A DNA stretch of 39,466 nt, from the IMG/VR virus record IMGVR_UViG_2531839252_000006; one strand, given 5' to 3'. Under the pieces are notes generated by a model. The model was given only the letters and a program-made list of their open reading frames with translations, searched no databases and had not been told where the DNA came from. Numbering within the stretch: the stretch's first letter is position 1; each line of letters begins with the position of its first letter. Shown piece by piece: positions 38,301 to 39,466 of the stretch. The translations under genes were made by a program, and so were the position numbers. The DNA comes from a virus (Duplodnaviria > Heunggongvirae > Uroviricota > Caudoviricetes).

Positions 38301-39466
38301 ATTTTCTTAGCCCATAATTCTGCTGCGTCCTGCTGCTCGGGGATGTAGTCATACTGGTCATAAACAGCCAGCATCCCCGTGAGTTTATGCCCGAGAATTT
38401 TCTCCGAAACATGAGGTGCTACTCCAAGTTCAGCCATTTTTGTTTTGCACGTTCTGCGCAGATCGTGCAATGACCAGTGCTCGCCCCCCATAACATCTTC
38501 TACCTGTTCTGCAATAGAAATTAGGGTGCTGGCAGACATTGGGCGATTTTCCTGTAACTTAGCCGGAGGAAATACGATTGACAGATCAGGGTATAGATCA
38601 AATACCTGCTGCAAATAATCTGCTGCGAGTTTTGAAATACCGCGAACAAATCGCTTACGCGTTTTTGAGTTCTCTTTCGGTATAGTCCATTCTCTAGACT
38701 TCAGATCAAAATCAGTCTTCTTAGCCAACCGCAATTCAACACCACGACAACCAGTTAACGCAACAATTCGAATAAACATTTTGTTTTGCCACGACATTTT
38801 CGTTTTGTCGATGGCATTCCAGAATGCGCCTATCTCAACATCGTTAAGAAAACGTTCGCCATTATTAGGTCTACTGCCGATATCATTAATCTCAAGAAGC
38901 ATCAGTGCATTTGATGTTATGCGTTTTCTGCGTAACGCATAGCGGATCACTTGCTTCATCTTCACCAGTACATTTCCCGCCTGTACGGGTGACCCACCTT
39001 TTGTTATGCGAATGAATATTTGCTCCCACTCTACAGGACTCATTTCATCTGCAATCAGCTTACCGTAATTGTCGGTGATGTGAAGTTTCAGCATCCGCTT
39101 CCAGTATTCGTACTTCACCATCTCTTTTACTGAAGGAGTATCAAACCACTCGTCAACTAGGGTACTGATGCTTGGGGAACTTGATGCAATATCTTTGGCT
39201 TTCTTCCTTTGCATGGCTGGGTCTTTACCCTTCTCCAACCACCCTTTACACTCTTCCAATGCATCGCGAGCTTCCTTAAGCGACATCTTCCCGTACGTTC
39301 CGAGCTTTAACCTGGCGGGTTTTCCATTGAAACGATAGCGGTATTGAAAGGTGATAAGTCCCTTCGGGCTGATCCTGACAGAAAGTCCGCCTCCGTCAGC
39401 TATCTCCTCAGGTCCCTCATATGCTTTTCCGGATATACGTCGCAGCTTTGTATCGTTGAGTGCCAT
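38258..39466 (-). CDS. int: Tyrosine integrase (P4-type, arm-binding N-terminus); its start coincides with the window end, so the true start and the att site may lie beyond it.
   Basis: C-terminal catalytic motifs HDLRRTCKTKMAELG ... LGHKLTGMLAVYDQYDY; N-terminus GGGLSVRISPKGLITFQYRYRFNGKPARLKLGTYG is typical of P4-like integrases. Confidence 0.9.
   Translation of the reverse strand: MALNDTKLRRISGKAYEGPEEIADGGGLSVRISPKGLITFQYRYRFNGKPARLKLGTYGKMSLKEARDALEECKGWLEKGKDPAMQRKKAKDIASSSPSISTLVDEWFDTPSVKEMVKYEYWKRMLKLHITDNYGKLIADEMSPVEWEQIFIRITKGGSPVQAGNVLVKMKQVIRYALRRKRITSNALMLLEINDIGSRPNNGERFLNDVEIGAFWNAIDKTKMSWQNKMFIRIVALTGCRGVELRLAKKTDFDLKSREWTIPKENSKTRKRFVRGISKLAADYLQQVFDLYPDLSIVFPPAKLQENRPMSASTLISIAEQVEDVMGGEHWSLHDLRRTCKTKMAELGVAPHVSEKILGHKLTGMLAVYDQYDYIPEQQDAAELWAKKIQECSEINPLSLQN

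Noticed and set aside
1-39466. tRNA genes, CRISPR arrays, IS elements or transposases
   Set aside because: None were recognised on reading either strand; the integrase's tRNA target, if any, would lie outside the window.

Overview
This window is almost entirely one mosaic P22-like lambdoid prophage, about 39 kb, running from a convergent acetyltransferase/tailspike pair at the left edge to a P4-type integrase at the right edge. Calls rest on reading the six-frame translations against remembered P22, lambda and phage 21 proteins and on motifs seen directly in the DNA; no database search was run and any 'identical to' statements are from memory. The minus strand carries the PR-side early genes and the late genes in P22 order: cro, c1/cII, O with ori iterons, a frameshifted DnaB-type helicase, a lambda-like nin region with rusA and Q, lambda PR'-qut-tR', a phage-21-type lysis cassette, Rha, then terminase (with pac) through ejection proteins gp16. 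Left of that lie the immI module (mnt/arc/ant) and a tailspike. The plus strand carries the c2 repressor and the PL operon: N, ral, ea10-like, cIII, kil, a Rad52-like annealing protein, SSB, a DEDDh exonuclease, DUF551 and an AlpA-like excisionase. The most interesting points are the tailspike (P22 head-binding N-terminus joined to a different receptor domain with a C-terminal chaperone-like tail) next to a hexapeptide O-acetyltransferase, which together resemble the CUS-3 endosialidase/NeuO arrangement; the interrupted helicase; three clusters of uncharacterised accessory genes (5470-6396, 26593-27784, 32047-32640); and a boxB hairpin repeated verbatim at nutL and nutR that does not match lambda or P22 boxB as I recall them. 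No tRNA, rRNA, CRISPR array or IS element was recognised.
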